DNA of 64,000 nt from Dehalococcoidia bacterium (lineage in GTDB: Bacteria > Chloroflexota > Dehalococcoidia > Lucifugimonadales > UBA3495). Numbering within the stretch: position 1 is the first letter of the stretch; each line of letters starts with the position of its first letter. The notes under the pieces were generated by a model. The model made no database searches. It saw only the letters and a program-made list of their open reading frames with translations, and was not told the DNA's origin. Below are positions 25,972 through 33,664 of this stretch, piece after piece. The stretch spans positions 9,563-73,562 of the forward strand of contig DAOUIF010000036.1 in NCBI GenBank assembly GCA_034423575.1, given 5' to 3'. A program made the position numbers and the translations under genes.

Positions 25972-26517
25972 TCTGAATGGACTCAAACCAGGGCACGTTG
26001 GCATCCAGATGGGACGCGCAGCGCACTGATTTAATCGGCCCGACAACTCCACAGTGTACGGGCATGAGCGTGTCAGCATCGGCGAACAAACTGGAGCCTT
26101 TACGCCGAAATTTCCATCGATTTCGCCTCGGTCGCCCGCAGTTCTTTCGTCAAACCGGCCATGCGAAAATTGATGGTAGAAGCGCCAGGGACGGTTGCAA
26201 GTCAGCGGGAAGGTCAACATTGCCGTCGCAACGCGACTGATGCGACCACGGTCGACCCTCAACGTGCGCCGCCCGTTCAGATGTACAAACGCCACCGCGA
26301 AAACCGGGGACGCAGCGCCCGTCGTAATGGCATTATTGGTAAACGGCGTTGTGGCTGTCCCTCGGCCGTGACCGCCTGTGCCTGGCAGTCCAACATCAAC
26401 GAAATTGGCTCGATACTCAGCCATCCCATGGCGACGTAATACCGGGCGGTAACCGATGTTGACGAGCGGCTGGGCACGCATCGACCTTGGCAACTCTGCG
26501 TCGGAGGAGGCGAATCA

Positions 26518-27219
26518 ATGATCCGGACACCATGGCTGATTTTCGCTATCGCAGTTGTTGCGCTGACGCTGGTCGGCGCGGTGTCAGCGCAGTCGCCGCC
26601 GTCGCCGCCAACCGTGCTGGCCGGAACCGCCTGGCTGGACGGACAGTTGGTGCCACCTGGAACGCTGATCCAGGCGATGCAGGGCGACACCCGTCTCAGC
26701 CGGATCACAGCCAGAAATGATGGACGGTTCGGTCCGTTGCAGGTTCCGAAACCTGCGGGTGTCGGGCCGGTGTACTTCTTGATCGACGGCCAAAGAGCCG
26801 ACGTGGAAATGGAATGGCGTGCCGGGTTCCTGCAAGCCGACCTGGAACTGCGAGCCGGATTGGGACGCGGTCCCACCCCGCATGCAGATCCCACCGCGAC
26901 CCCAACTCCCGCACAACCCGCGGCTCCCACTGCGGTGATGGTACCCGGGCCTGCGGGGCCGCGTGGTGAAAGAGGCCCGTCCGGGCCGCCGGGGCCTCCG
27001 GGTGCGGCAGGACCGCAGGGACAACCCGGCCCCGCCGGGCCCGCTGGAGCGCAAGGGGAGACGGGACCGCAAGGCGACGCAGGCCCCCGTGGCCAGCAAG
27101 GGGATTCCGAGGGCTACGAGCTTTACACCCTCGCCGCGGCTGGCGTCGCCGTTGTGTTGGCGCTCGCAGCGCTGATCCTGTCGATTGTGACGTTTTCGCG
27201 GCGCGATCGCTTGGGGTAA
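26518..27219 (+). CDS. Secreted, C-terminally membrane-anchored protein with a collagen-like (G-X-Y) triple-helix region
   Basis: GGAGGAGG SD; signal-like N-terminus [25 protein letters not shown]; Pro/Thr linker; 18 uninterrupted GXY triplets; C-terminal hydrophobic anchor [20 protein letters not shown] followed by FSRRDR. Confidence 0.75.
   Translation: MIRTPWLIFAIAVVALTLVGAVSAQSPPSPPTVLAGTAWLDGQLVPPGTLIQAMQGDTRLSRITARNDGRFGPLQVPKPAGVGPVYFLIDGQRADVEMEWRAGFLQADLELRAGLGRGPTPHADPTATPTPAQPAAPTAVMVPGPAGPRGERGPSGPPGPPGAAGPQGQPGPAGPAGAQGETGPQGDAGPRGQQGDSEGYELYTLAAAGVAVVLALAALILSIVTFSRRDRLG
26947..27108 (+). repeat. Collagen-like GXY tandem codon repeat (18 triplets)
   Basis: [54 protein letters not shown], counted by hand from the translation. 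Confidence 0.8.
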
Positions 27220-27266
27220 AGCAACGACTATCCGGTGTAGCCGCCCAACAGGCGTCCTCCATTTCG

Positions 27267-27299
27267 GCCCGCCGCGATAATTCGGCGGGCTCGTATTTG
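27267..27299 (+). terminator. Probable intrinsic terminator after the collagen-like gene
   Basis: GCCCGCCG (27267-27274) pairs with CGGCGGGC (27283-27290), loop cgataatt, followed by tcgtaTTTgc. Confidence 0.45.
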
Positions 27300-27330
27300 C
27301 ACATTCGGAAGGCCAATGATCCGGCTGATA

Positions 27331-27692
27331 CGCTAGATTATCCCTCGTGGTCACACCGATTCGCAGTTCTTACACCATACTGCCGCAACACGTTGACCCA
27401 CGTCTTTCGCGGCACCACCGACACCAACCCGCCTGACATCACACCATCGGCGCGTGCGACGCCGTCGAATTGGCAGGGGAACACGGCACTCCTTTGTACG
27501 CCCTGGACGAAGCAACCCTGCACTCCAAGTGCCGGCAGTTCGCGGGTGCATTCGCATCACGTTACCCCAAAGCGCGGGCCGTGTACGCTTCCAAGACCTG
27601 CATCGACCCCGCGCTGGCGCGCATCTTCGCCGAGGAGGGCTTGGGACTGGACGTGGTATCCGGCGGTGAGTTGGCCGCATCGTGTGGACGGC
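27331..27692 (+). pseudogene. Degraded, truncated copy of the lysA 5' region (upstream leader plus about the first 105 codons)
   Basis: Aligns with 29666-30027. The start codon is ATA (27377) where intact lysA has ATG. There is a +1 and then a -1 indel, an in-frame TGA at 27434-27436, and then GTPLYALDEATLHSKCRQFAGAFASRYPKARAVYASKTCIDPALARIFAEEGLGLDVVSGGELA against intact GTPLYVLDESTLRSRCRQFASAFKSRYSNAQAVYASKAYINPALARIFAEEGLGLDVVSGGELA. Similarity stops near 27692. Confidence 0.8.
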
Positions 27693-27726
27693 CCGGCCAG
27701 TTCAGCATCGGACCGACGACCCGATG

Positions 27727-27966
27727 TTACCCTGCCTCTTCCGGGGGCGGGCGGGTTTCAAAGGCGAACAACTTACCGACCCGCACGCCCAGCGCTTTCG
27801 CCAATCTTCGGATACTTCTCAATGACGGGTTGCGGGCGCCACGCTCAATGCCGGAGAGGTAGGAAACGTGGATGCCAGATAGATTGGCCAATTCTTCCTG
27901 GGTGTAACCGCGCCGGTTGCGCAATCTGCGGATTTGTCGGCCAAAAGCCTCTTGGTAACTTGCCAT
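27727..27966 (-). CDS. XRE-family helix-turn-helix transcriptional regulator (79 aa)
   Basis: ORF 27727..28143; start taken as ATG 27966. FGRQIRRLRNRRGYTQEELANLSGIHVSYLSGIERGARNPSLRSIRRLAKALGV is a classic HTH_XRE sequence. Confidence 0.8.
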   Translation of the reverse strand: MASYQEAFGRQIRRLRNRRGYTQEELANLSGIHVSYLSGIERGARNPSLRSIRRLAKALGVRVGKLFAFETRPPPEEAG

Positions 27967-27993
27967 GACAGTCCCTTTTAGTATGTCGCAGTC

Positions 27994-28011
27994 TCCCGTG
28001 CCGGCAGGGGA
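27994..28011. promoter_or_regulatory. 18-nt palindrome just upstream of the XRE gene (candidate operator)
   Basis: TCCCGTGCCGGCAGGGGA is symmetric about 28002/28003 with one mismatched pair. It lies 28-45 nt upstream of the XRE ATG. Confidence 0.35.
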
Positions 28012-28208
28012 CGTCGGATAGACTGGCCCCTTCTGGTTCGGAGGCAAGCGCAAAAAGGCACCGATTCGCCTGTCGCCGTTTTCAAGGCGACTAACCAGGC
28101 GCACACGCTCTACGGCGAACTGATTGCAGCGCCGGAGCGACAAATCCCCTGAAGGCGGCGCAGTTGGGGTGCCTTTTCCCGAGCGGGACCCTGCGGGTCC
28201 TTATTGAC

Positions 28209-28228
28209 GACTGACAAATTTGCCAGTC
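28209..28228. promoter_or_regulatory. 20-nt near-perfect palindrome (candidate operator)
   Basis: GACTGACAAATTTGCCAGTC has 18 of 20 positions self-complementary and an AT-rich centre. Confidence 0.35.
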
Positions 28229-28307
28229 AAAAGCGCTTCGATGAGCGTTCAAACTTCCATCGCTGTAGGCAACGGACTTCCATAATGTAACGAAATATAG
28301 ATTATCA

Positions 28308-28331
28308 GTCCATAGCCTATAGTCTATGGAC
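28308..28331. promoter_or_regulatory. 24-nt near-perfect palindrome in an AT-rich patch (candidate operator)
   Basis: GTCCATAGCCTATAGTCTATGGAC has 22 of 24 positions self-complementary. It is preceded by cataatgtaacgaaatatagattat. Confidence 0.35.
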
Positions 28332-28403
28332 ATCAAAGCGGCATCTGGTTACGGTTTGAGTCATCCACCGCGCCCGGCTTCTCTTTTTTGCTGGATACGC
28401 CGA

Positions 28404-28430
28404 CATAAAACGCCCAAGATCGTTGGGCGT
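28404..28430 (-). terminator. Orphan intrinsic terminator reading on the minus strand
   Basis: The minus-strand RNA would be ACGCCCAA-CGAUC-UUGGGCGU followed by UUUAUGU. The 8-bp stem is perfect. No recognised minus-strand gene ends here. Confidence 0.45.
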
Positions 28431-28566
28431 GACGGCAAAGTAGTCCCTCCTGGCAATGGACTGTCAATCTGCGGGAAGAGGCAGGCCAATTTACAGGGCC
28501 AGGCCGAGCGCAACATCTGAACGTCAGAAAGGGTCGGACCGGAACCGAACGACCGAGGGGGTTCTA

Positions 28567-29025
28567 ATGCCATTCGCTTTGTGTCCTGGAGAAACGGAAA
28601 TCTGGTCAACGGGGGTGCGAGCCGGTTTGCCCGGCGTTGGCTCTCGCTCAAATCTGATCGTCACGACCCACCGGGTGATCATCGCGTACTCCCAATGGGG
28701 TGAGAGTTACGACCTGTGGATGCCGTTGGACATGGTGGTGACGGCTGCCTACGGGCGATTTCGGGGTCAATTCTCCTTCAGGAAGTTCTTCCTCTGGTCG
28801 CTGTTGTTCCTGGTGCCGGGGCTGATCTACCTGTTGGTATGGCTCTTCGGCCGCAAAGAAAGAATGGTTGTGGACGCCGGCGGTGAAATGCGAGTGGAGT
28901 TGGAGAACGACATATTGCAAGGAGCGCTGCCCGCGGAGTTCCTGGACGCCATCGCTTGCGCTCGCCATTCCCTTCTGCATGGCGCCTCGGCCAGCGGGCC
29001 GGTGCGGGTCACGTTGAACCCCTGA
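28567..29025 (+). CDS. Hypothetical membrane protein with an N-terminal bacterial PH-like region
   Basis: ORF 28456..29025; ATG 28567 follows GAGGGGG. LCPGETEIWSTGVRAG..SNLIVTTHRVIIAY resembles bPH/GRAM-like openings. One long hydrophobic segment: FFLWSLLFLVPGLIYLLVWLF. Confidence 0.5.
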   Translation: MPFALCPGETEIWSTGVRAGLPGVGSRSNLIVTTHRVIIAYSQWGESYDLWMPLDMVVTAAYGRFRGQFSFRKFFLWSLLFLVPGLIYLLVWLFGRKERMVVDAGGEMRVELENDILQGALPAEFLDAIACARHSLLHGASASGPVRVTLNP

Positions 29026-29041
29026 TACGGTGGTGTGAGAC

Positions 29042-29545
29042 ATGAACAACGAGAAGCTGGGAAAACTGGTTGACGACTTGGTGGAACTGGCTGGCGGCTA
29101 CAACCCGAGAGGTTTGCTGATCGTCGTTTTGAGCGGATTGGCGCTTGGCTTCCTGGTGGGCGGCTTCCTGGCAATGCGGCTCGGCATTTTCTTTCTGCTG
29201 CTCCCGGTGGTGGCGGGCCTGGTGGCCGGCGGCGCGATAGCCATCATGAAGTTCCAGGAAAGCGGAGGGTTCTCAAATGTGCGCCAGCAAAGGGCCGCAG
29301 CGCAAAGCACAAGCCCTTCCAGCGCGCCCCGGCAACCGAGTCCCGCACCTCCACCACCCACCCAGACCCCGGTCCCGGCGCCGGCTCAACTCAGCGAGCT
29401 TGAGCAGCAGGTCATGGAATGGGTGGTTCAGGCCAACGGCAACGTATCGGTGAGTGCCCTCGCCGATGAACTGGGCATGCCCCCCGATACGGCACGGCAA
29501 ACCATCGAAGATTTGATCGGCCGGGGAGCTATTACGCTGGGTTGA
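29042..29545 (+). CDS. Hypothetical membrane-tethered protein with a C-terminal winged-helix-like domain
   Basis: Two hydrophobic segments (LLIVVLSGLALGFLVGGFLA and IFFLLLPVVAGLVAGGAIAI), a Pro/Ser/Ala linker, then LSELEQQVMEWVVQANGNVSVSALADELGMPPDTARQTIEDLIGRGAI, which looks wHTH-like. Confidence 0.5.
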   Translation: MNNEKLGKLVDDLVELAGGYNPRGLLIVVLSGLALGFLVGGFLAMRLGIFFLLLPVVAGLVAGGAIAIMKFQESGGFSNVRQQRAAAQSTSPSSAPRQPSPAPPPPTQTPVPAPAQLSELEQQVMEWVVQANGNVSVSALADELGMPPDTARQTIEDLIGRGAITLG

Positions 29546-29711
29546 CGCTCGGCAGAATTGTTTGTCGCTCCACCCAATGGAGTCGACCAGGTGGGGTGCC
29601 TGCGGGCCATGACGCCGGGTCAAGCGAACCCCGACCGGCGTTCGAATGACGGAAGCGGGAGGCTGTGCTAAATTACGCTCCCATCATGCCATTGGCCAAC
29701 CGGAGCGTCCC

Positions 29712-31025
29712 ATGCTGCCGCAACATCTTGCCCACGTTTTTCCAGACACCACCCACACCAACCCCGCGGGACATCTCACCATCGGCGGGTGCGACGCCGT
29801 TGAGTTGGTAGAGCAGTACGGAACCCCGCTGTACGTCCTGGACGAATCCACTCTGCGTTCAAGGTGTCGCCAGTTCGCGAGCGCGTTCAAGTCCCGGTAT
29901 TCCAATGCCCAGGCGGTGTATGCGTCCAAGGCGTATATCAACCCGGCGTTGGCGCGGATTTTCGCCGAAGAGGGCCTGGGACTGGACGTGGTGTCCGGAG
30001 GCGAGCTGGCCGTGGCCGTGGCCGGCGAAGTGCCGCTGGACAAGGTGTATTTCCACGGCAACAACAAGACGCCCGCCGAGTTGGAGGAAGCCGTAGCGGC
30101 CGGCATCGGGCGCGTCGTGGTCGACAGTTTCCACGAGTTGGACCTGCTGGAGCATATCTGCGCCGATGCCGACAAATCCCAGGACATCCTGGTGCGCGTC
30201 TCGCCCGGGATCGACCCGCACACCCATGCCTACACTACCACGGGCATCATCGATTCCAAGTTCGGCTTCTCCATCCAAACGGGCGACGCGGAAAAAGCCA
30301 TCCAGCAGGCCATCGCTGCACCACACCTCAACCTTCAAGGGCTGCACTTCCACCTGGGATCGCCGATCTTCGAGCTGGAACCCTACCAGGCTGCGACAGA
30401 CCTCGTGCTCCGTTTTGCCGCCGGACTGCGCGAACAGGGCCTTAACCTTCAGGAGTTCAGTCCAGGCGGCGGATTCGCCATCGCCTACACCCGCAACGAC
30501 CAGCCGCCAGCCCCGGACGACTACGCGGAGGCAATCGTAAGCACGTTGACCGCCACCTGCGACGAGCTGGGCATGGAGCCCCCGGCGCTGGTTATCGAGC
30601 CTGGCCGTTCGATCATCGGACCGGCCGGCGTAGCGCTGTATCGCATCGGGGCGATTAAGGAGATACCGGGAGTGCGCACCTACGTCAGCGTGGACGGGGG
30701 TATGGGAGACAACATCCGGCCGGCGCTGTATCAAGCATCGTATGAGGTGCTTTCCGCCAACCGGCCTGGAGCCGATCCGGACGCCACCGTGACCATCGCC
30801 GGCAAGTACTGCGAATCCGGGGATGTTCTCGCGTCGGACATCCTGCTGCCGGCCCCGGCCGCCGGAGACGTAATCGCCATACCCGCCGCCGGCGCCTATT
30901 GTCCTTCCATGGCAAGCAACTACAACCTCAATCCGCGCCCTCCCATCGTCCTGGTGAACCAAGGTGAGAGCCGGTTGATCCGTCGGCGCGAGTCCTACGC
31001 GGACATGATGCTGTGTGACCTATAG
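29712..31025 (+). CDS. lysA: Diaminopimelate decarboxylase
   Basis: ORF 29646..31025; start taken as ATG 29712. GTPLYVLDESTLRSRCRQF..YASKAY (PLP Lys context)..VVSGGEL..HFHLGS..EPGRSIIGPAG..YCESGD. Confidence 0.9.
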   Translation: MLPQHLAHVFPDTTHTNPAGHLTIGGCDAVELVEQYGTPLYVLDESTLRSRCRQFASAFKSRYSNAQAVYASKAYINPALARIFAEEGLGLDVVSGGELAVAVAGEVPLDKVYFHGNNKTPAELEEAVAAGIGRVVVDSFHELDLLEHICADADKSQDILVRVSPGIDPHTHAYTTTGIIDSKFGFSIQTGDAEKAIQQAIAAPHLNLQGLHFHLGSPIFELEPYQAATDLVLRFAAGLREQGLNLQEFSPGGGFAIAYTRNDQPPAPDDYAEAIVSTLTATCDELGMEPPALVIEPGRSIIGPAGVALYRIGAIKEIPGVRTYVSVDGGMGDNIRPALYQASYEVLSANRPGADPDATVTIAGKYCESGDVLASDILLPAPAAGDVIAIPAAGAYCPSMASNYNLNPRPPIVLVNQGESRLIRRRESYADMMLCDL

Positions 31026-31075
31026 CCGGCCATGCGGCTGCTTGTTCACGCACGGGCCGAAACGAGATCAGGGGC

Positions 31076-32131
31076 ATGTGGTCAACCATTGGCCAGGATC
31101 ACCTGCTGAAGCAGATCGATGCCGGTCTGCAGGCCGGCAGACTGGCGCACGCATACCTGCTGTCGGGTCCGCCGCACGTCGGCAAGATGACGCTGGCCCT
31201 GGACCTCGCGGCGGCCGTAAATTGCGCGGCGCTGGCTGGCAAACAAGCCGGATCAATGTTCGCGGCACCGGGCGATTCGCAGGGACCGTGCGGCTACTGT
31301 GATCCCTGCGTTCGGATCCGGCGTGGCGTGTTTGCGGACCTGAAGGTCGTCGCGGTGGGCGGCGACCCAAGAGTTGCCACCCGAATCAGCATCGAGCAGG
31401 TGCGCGACGCCGAAAGCTTTCTAGCCGTCACCCCGGTCGAGGGCTCATGGAAGGTGGTGATCTTCGACGGCGCTGAGACTCTGTCGGCGGGGCAGAGCGA
31501 GCCCGCCAACGCGCTGCTGAAGACGCTGGAGGAACCCCCGGCGCAATCCCTGTTGCTACTCCTGACTACCAACGAGGACGCGATCCTGCCTACCATCCGA
31601 TCTCGGTGTCGTATCTTGCCCTTGCGCCCTATGCCCGGAGATGCGTTGAGCGACTTCCTCGCAAGCGACCGAAGTGTCGAACCCGGTACGGCTCGTCGAC
31701 TGGCCCGCCTGGCGCGCGGTTGCCCGGGTTGGGCGATCAGTGCCCTCGACGACCCAGAGCGGCTAGATGCATACCGGGAGCAACTGGCGCAAGTCGCGGC
31801 GATTGCCTCATCGCCGTTGGACGTCCGATTCGACTACGCTAACACCCTCGCCGGCGGCTTTTCCGGAGACCGAGAATCGGTGCGGCAGGAATTGTACGTC
31901 TGGCAGCGTTGGTGGCGCGACGTCCTGCTCACCAAAGAGGGCCTGCCCGAACGTGTCCACAACGATGATCGCCCCGAAGAACTGAACGCCCACGCCGAGG
32001 TCACCACGACAGCCGACGTCGTCGCCTTCGTCGCCAGCATCAACGAAACCCTCGGCGCGCTGAATGCCAACGTCAACCCGCGGCTGGCGTTGGAATACAT
32101 GATGCTGGCGGTTCCCGACGGCGTGTCGTGA
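31076..32131 (+). CDS. holB: DNA polymerase III delta' subunit
   Basis: GQDHLLKQIDAGLQAGRLAHAYLLSGPPHVGKMTLALDLA, a Zn-module-like CGYCDPCVRI, and NALLKTLEEPP. Confidence 0.8.
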   Translation: MWSTIGQDHLLKQIDAGLQAGRLAHAYLLSGPPHVGKMTLALDLAAAVNCAALAGKQAGSMFAAPGDSQGPCGYCDPCVRIRRGVFADLKVVAVGGDPRVATRISIEQVRDAESFLAVTPVEGSWKVVIFDGAETLSAGQSEPANALLKTLEEPPAQSLLLLLTTNEDAILPTIRSRCRILPLRPMPGDALSDFLASDRSVEPGTARRLARLARGCPGWAISALDDPERLDAYREQLAQVAAIASSPLDVRFDYANTLAGGFSGDRESVRQELYVWQRWWRDVLLTKEGLPERVHNDDRPEELNAHAEVTTTADVVAFVASINETLGALNANVNPRLALEYMMLAVPDGVS

Positions 32132-32144
32132 TTCGACCGAGGGC

Positions 32145-32600
32145 CTAGACCGCTTCGTACGCCTTGTTGCGTCCCTTGTTGACCGTGCGGAGCCGTCCCT
32201 GCATCTCGAGGCTGCGGATGGCCTGCATCACGGTGGGATCGCCGTGGCGCCGGAATTTGCCGGTGATCTTGCTTCGAGTCCGGGCGGTCGCGCAGTATTC
32301 CAGAACTTGTTCGGCCAGGAGGTCTCTCACCTCGGGCAGGGGCTGAATGGGCAGGACGATGGTGTGTCCGGGATTGCCGTTGGCCTCTTCGCCCGGTTGG
32401 AATTCCAGGCGATCGCTGTGGGCTCTGAGGAACGAGCGGATGCGTCGTCGCAGCGATCCTCCGGTCCCCGTGGAGCCGTACCCGTGCACCACCTCAAGGA
32501 GCTCTGAGGGCGGGCCGGCAGCCAGCAACCGATTGTAAGCGGCTATCAGCTCCGCCAGAGATTCTGGCCAGGTCCTTCCGTGGAGGTCGATACTTGCCAT
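32145..32600 (-). CDS. Smr (MutS2-related small nuclease) domain protein with a C-terminal winged-helix-like tail
   Basis: MASIDLHGRTWPESLAEL...LEVVHGYGSTGTGGSLRRRIRSFL matches the Smr DLHG / HGxG pattern. Confidence 0.6.
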   Translation of the reverse strand: MASIDLHGRTWPESLAELIAAYNRLLAAGPPSELLEVVHGYGSTGTGGSLRRRIRSFLRAHSDRLEFQPGEEANGNPGHTIVLPIQPLPEVRDLLAEQVLEYCATARTRSKITGKFRRHGDPTVMQAIRSLEMQGRLRTVNKGRNKAYEAV

Positions 32601-32606
32601 CGAGCG

Positions 32607-33335
32607 TCAGTCAGCCACCGCCATCAGCGCCGGCTCGCTTTCGCTTCCGTTGCGCGACCTGCCGGCCGCCTGCCATGGGATGTACTGCTTCCACTCTTCC
32701 AGGATCGTGCGGTTTTCGAGGATGCGGTAGGGATTGGGCTGCGGGGCAGTTGGCGCCCGGCGCAGCTTCATATTGGCCTCTTCCGGAGTGCGACCTGCTT
32801 TGGCGAGGTTGCAACGACCGCAAGCGGCCACAACGTTATCCCAGGTGTGGGGGCCATGCTGCCGGCGGGGCACCACGTGGTCGAGCGTAAGCTGTTGGGA
32901 GCGCTTGCCGCAGTATTGGCAGGTGTAATGGTCCCGCAAGAACACTTCTTTCTTGGACAGGCGGCGCGGCGCGAACGGTCGCTTGACCAGGTACACCAGC
33001 CGTATGATCGACGGAGCGTCCAGCGATGCGCTGTAAGTGCGAATCCGGGACGCCTCGGCCCTCTGTTCCAGGAGCTCGGCCTTGCCCTTGGCGACAAGCA
33101 CGATTGCCCGACGAACCGTGCAGACGTTGACCGGAACGTAGTTCAGGTTCAACACCAACACCGGGGCGGTGAGGCGACCCGGAATCGGAGCCCCTTTGCG
33201 TTGATCTTCCTCCGAAACTGGAGCGACGTCTGCCTTGCCGGGATTGCGACCCGAACCGTTGGCGCTGGGTTGTCGACCATTGTTCCGGTTTCTGGCCGCA
33301 CCCTTTTTTCGACCCGGTCGTCCCCGGCTTGCCAT
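32607..33335 (-). CDS. HNH endonuclease with a basic, Gly/Arg-rich N-terminal region
   Basis: ORF 32607..33434; start taken as ATG 33335. FLRDHYTCQYCGKRSQQLTLDHVVPRRQHGPHTWDNVVAACGRCNLAKAG is the HNH motif. Confidence 0.85.
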   Translation of the reverse strand: MASRGRPGRKKGAARNRNNGRQPSANGSGRNPGKADVAPVSEEDQRKGAPIPGRLTAPVLVLNLNYVPVNVCTVRRAIVLVAKGKAELLEQRAEASRIRTYSASLDAPSIIRLVYLVKRPFAPRRLSKKEVFLRDHYTCQYCGKRSQQLTLDHVVPRRQHGPHTWDNVVAACGRCNLAKAGRTPEEANMKLRRAPTAPQPNPYRILENRTILEEWKQYIPWQAAGRSRNGSESEPALMAVAD

Positions 33336-33664
33336 CTGCCAACCTCTTTGCAGGTAGCGCTTTCGCTGCCGCGTCGTGCCGAAACGATTATTCGCTAATG
33401 ATATTACTGCACTCATTATAACGCCGATTTCCACAATCCGACACCGGGGTCGTCACCCTAGTCGTCGCGCTACCCACCCCGCGCGTTACCGGATCGCAAT
33501 CAGCCCGTGGCATCCGAAAAGACGTGTGAGGCGACCCGGTGCTCCGACTGGAGGTCCGGGATTCCCTCGCATCCTCGGGAAAATCTCCCCCTGTGGTAAA
33601 CTGGCCGCCGATTTTAGGCTCGAGCGTTACCGGCCGCAGTGTAGCGCTCCAGGACAAGACTGGA

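Noticed and set aside
25801-26493. 230-aa minus-strand ORF upstream of coxS as a real gene
   Set aside because: It runs across the predicted cox promoter and 5' UTR and overlaps coxS. Its composition is Arg/Cys-rich, and no domain was recognised.
26947-27108. GXY repeat region as a CRISPR-like or tandem DNA repeat
   Set aside because: The periodicity is only at the codon level (Gly every third codon), and the nucleotide units are not conserved. It is a coding collagen-like repeat.
27470-27862. 130-aa ORF (and 27297..27968) as functional genes
   Set aside because: They are frames of the decayed lysA 5' fragment that read on into unrelated sequence and into the antisense of the XRE gene.
27331-29711. 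Calling the lysA-flanked segment a mobile element
   Set aside because: No integrase, recombinase, transposase, terminal inverted repeats or short exact direct repeats were found. It is reported only as a finding and the fragment as a pseudogene.
29546-29711. Lysine (L-box) riboswitch upstream of lysA, and T-box upstream of tyrS (49524-49562)
   Set aside because: The lysA leader is about 165 nt and I could not recognise the conserved L-box core. The tyrS spacer is only 39 nt, too short for a T-box.
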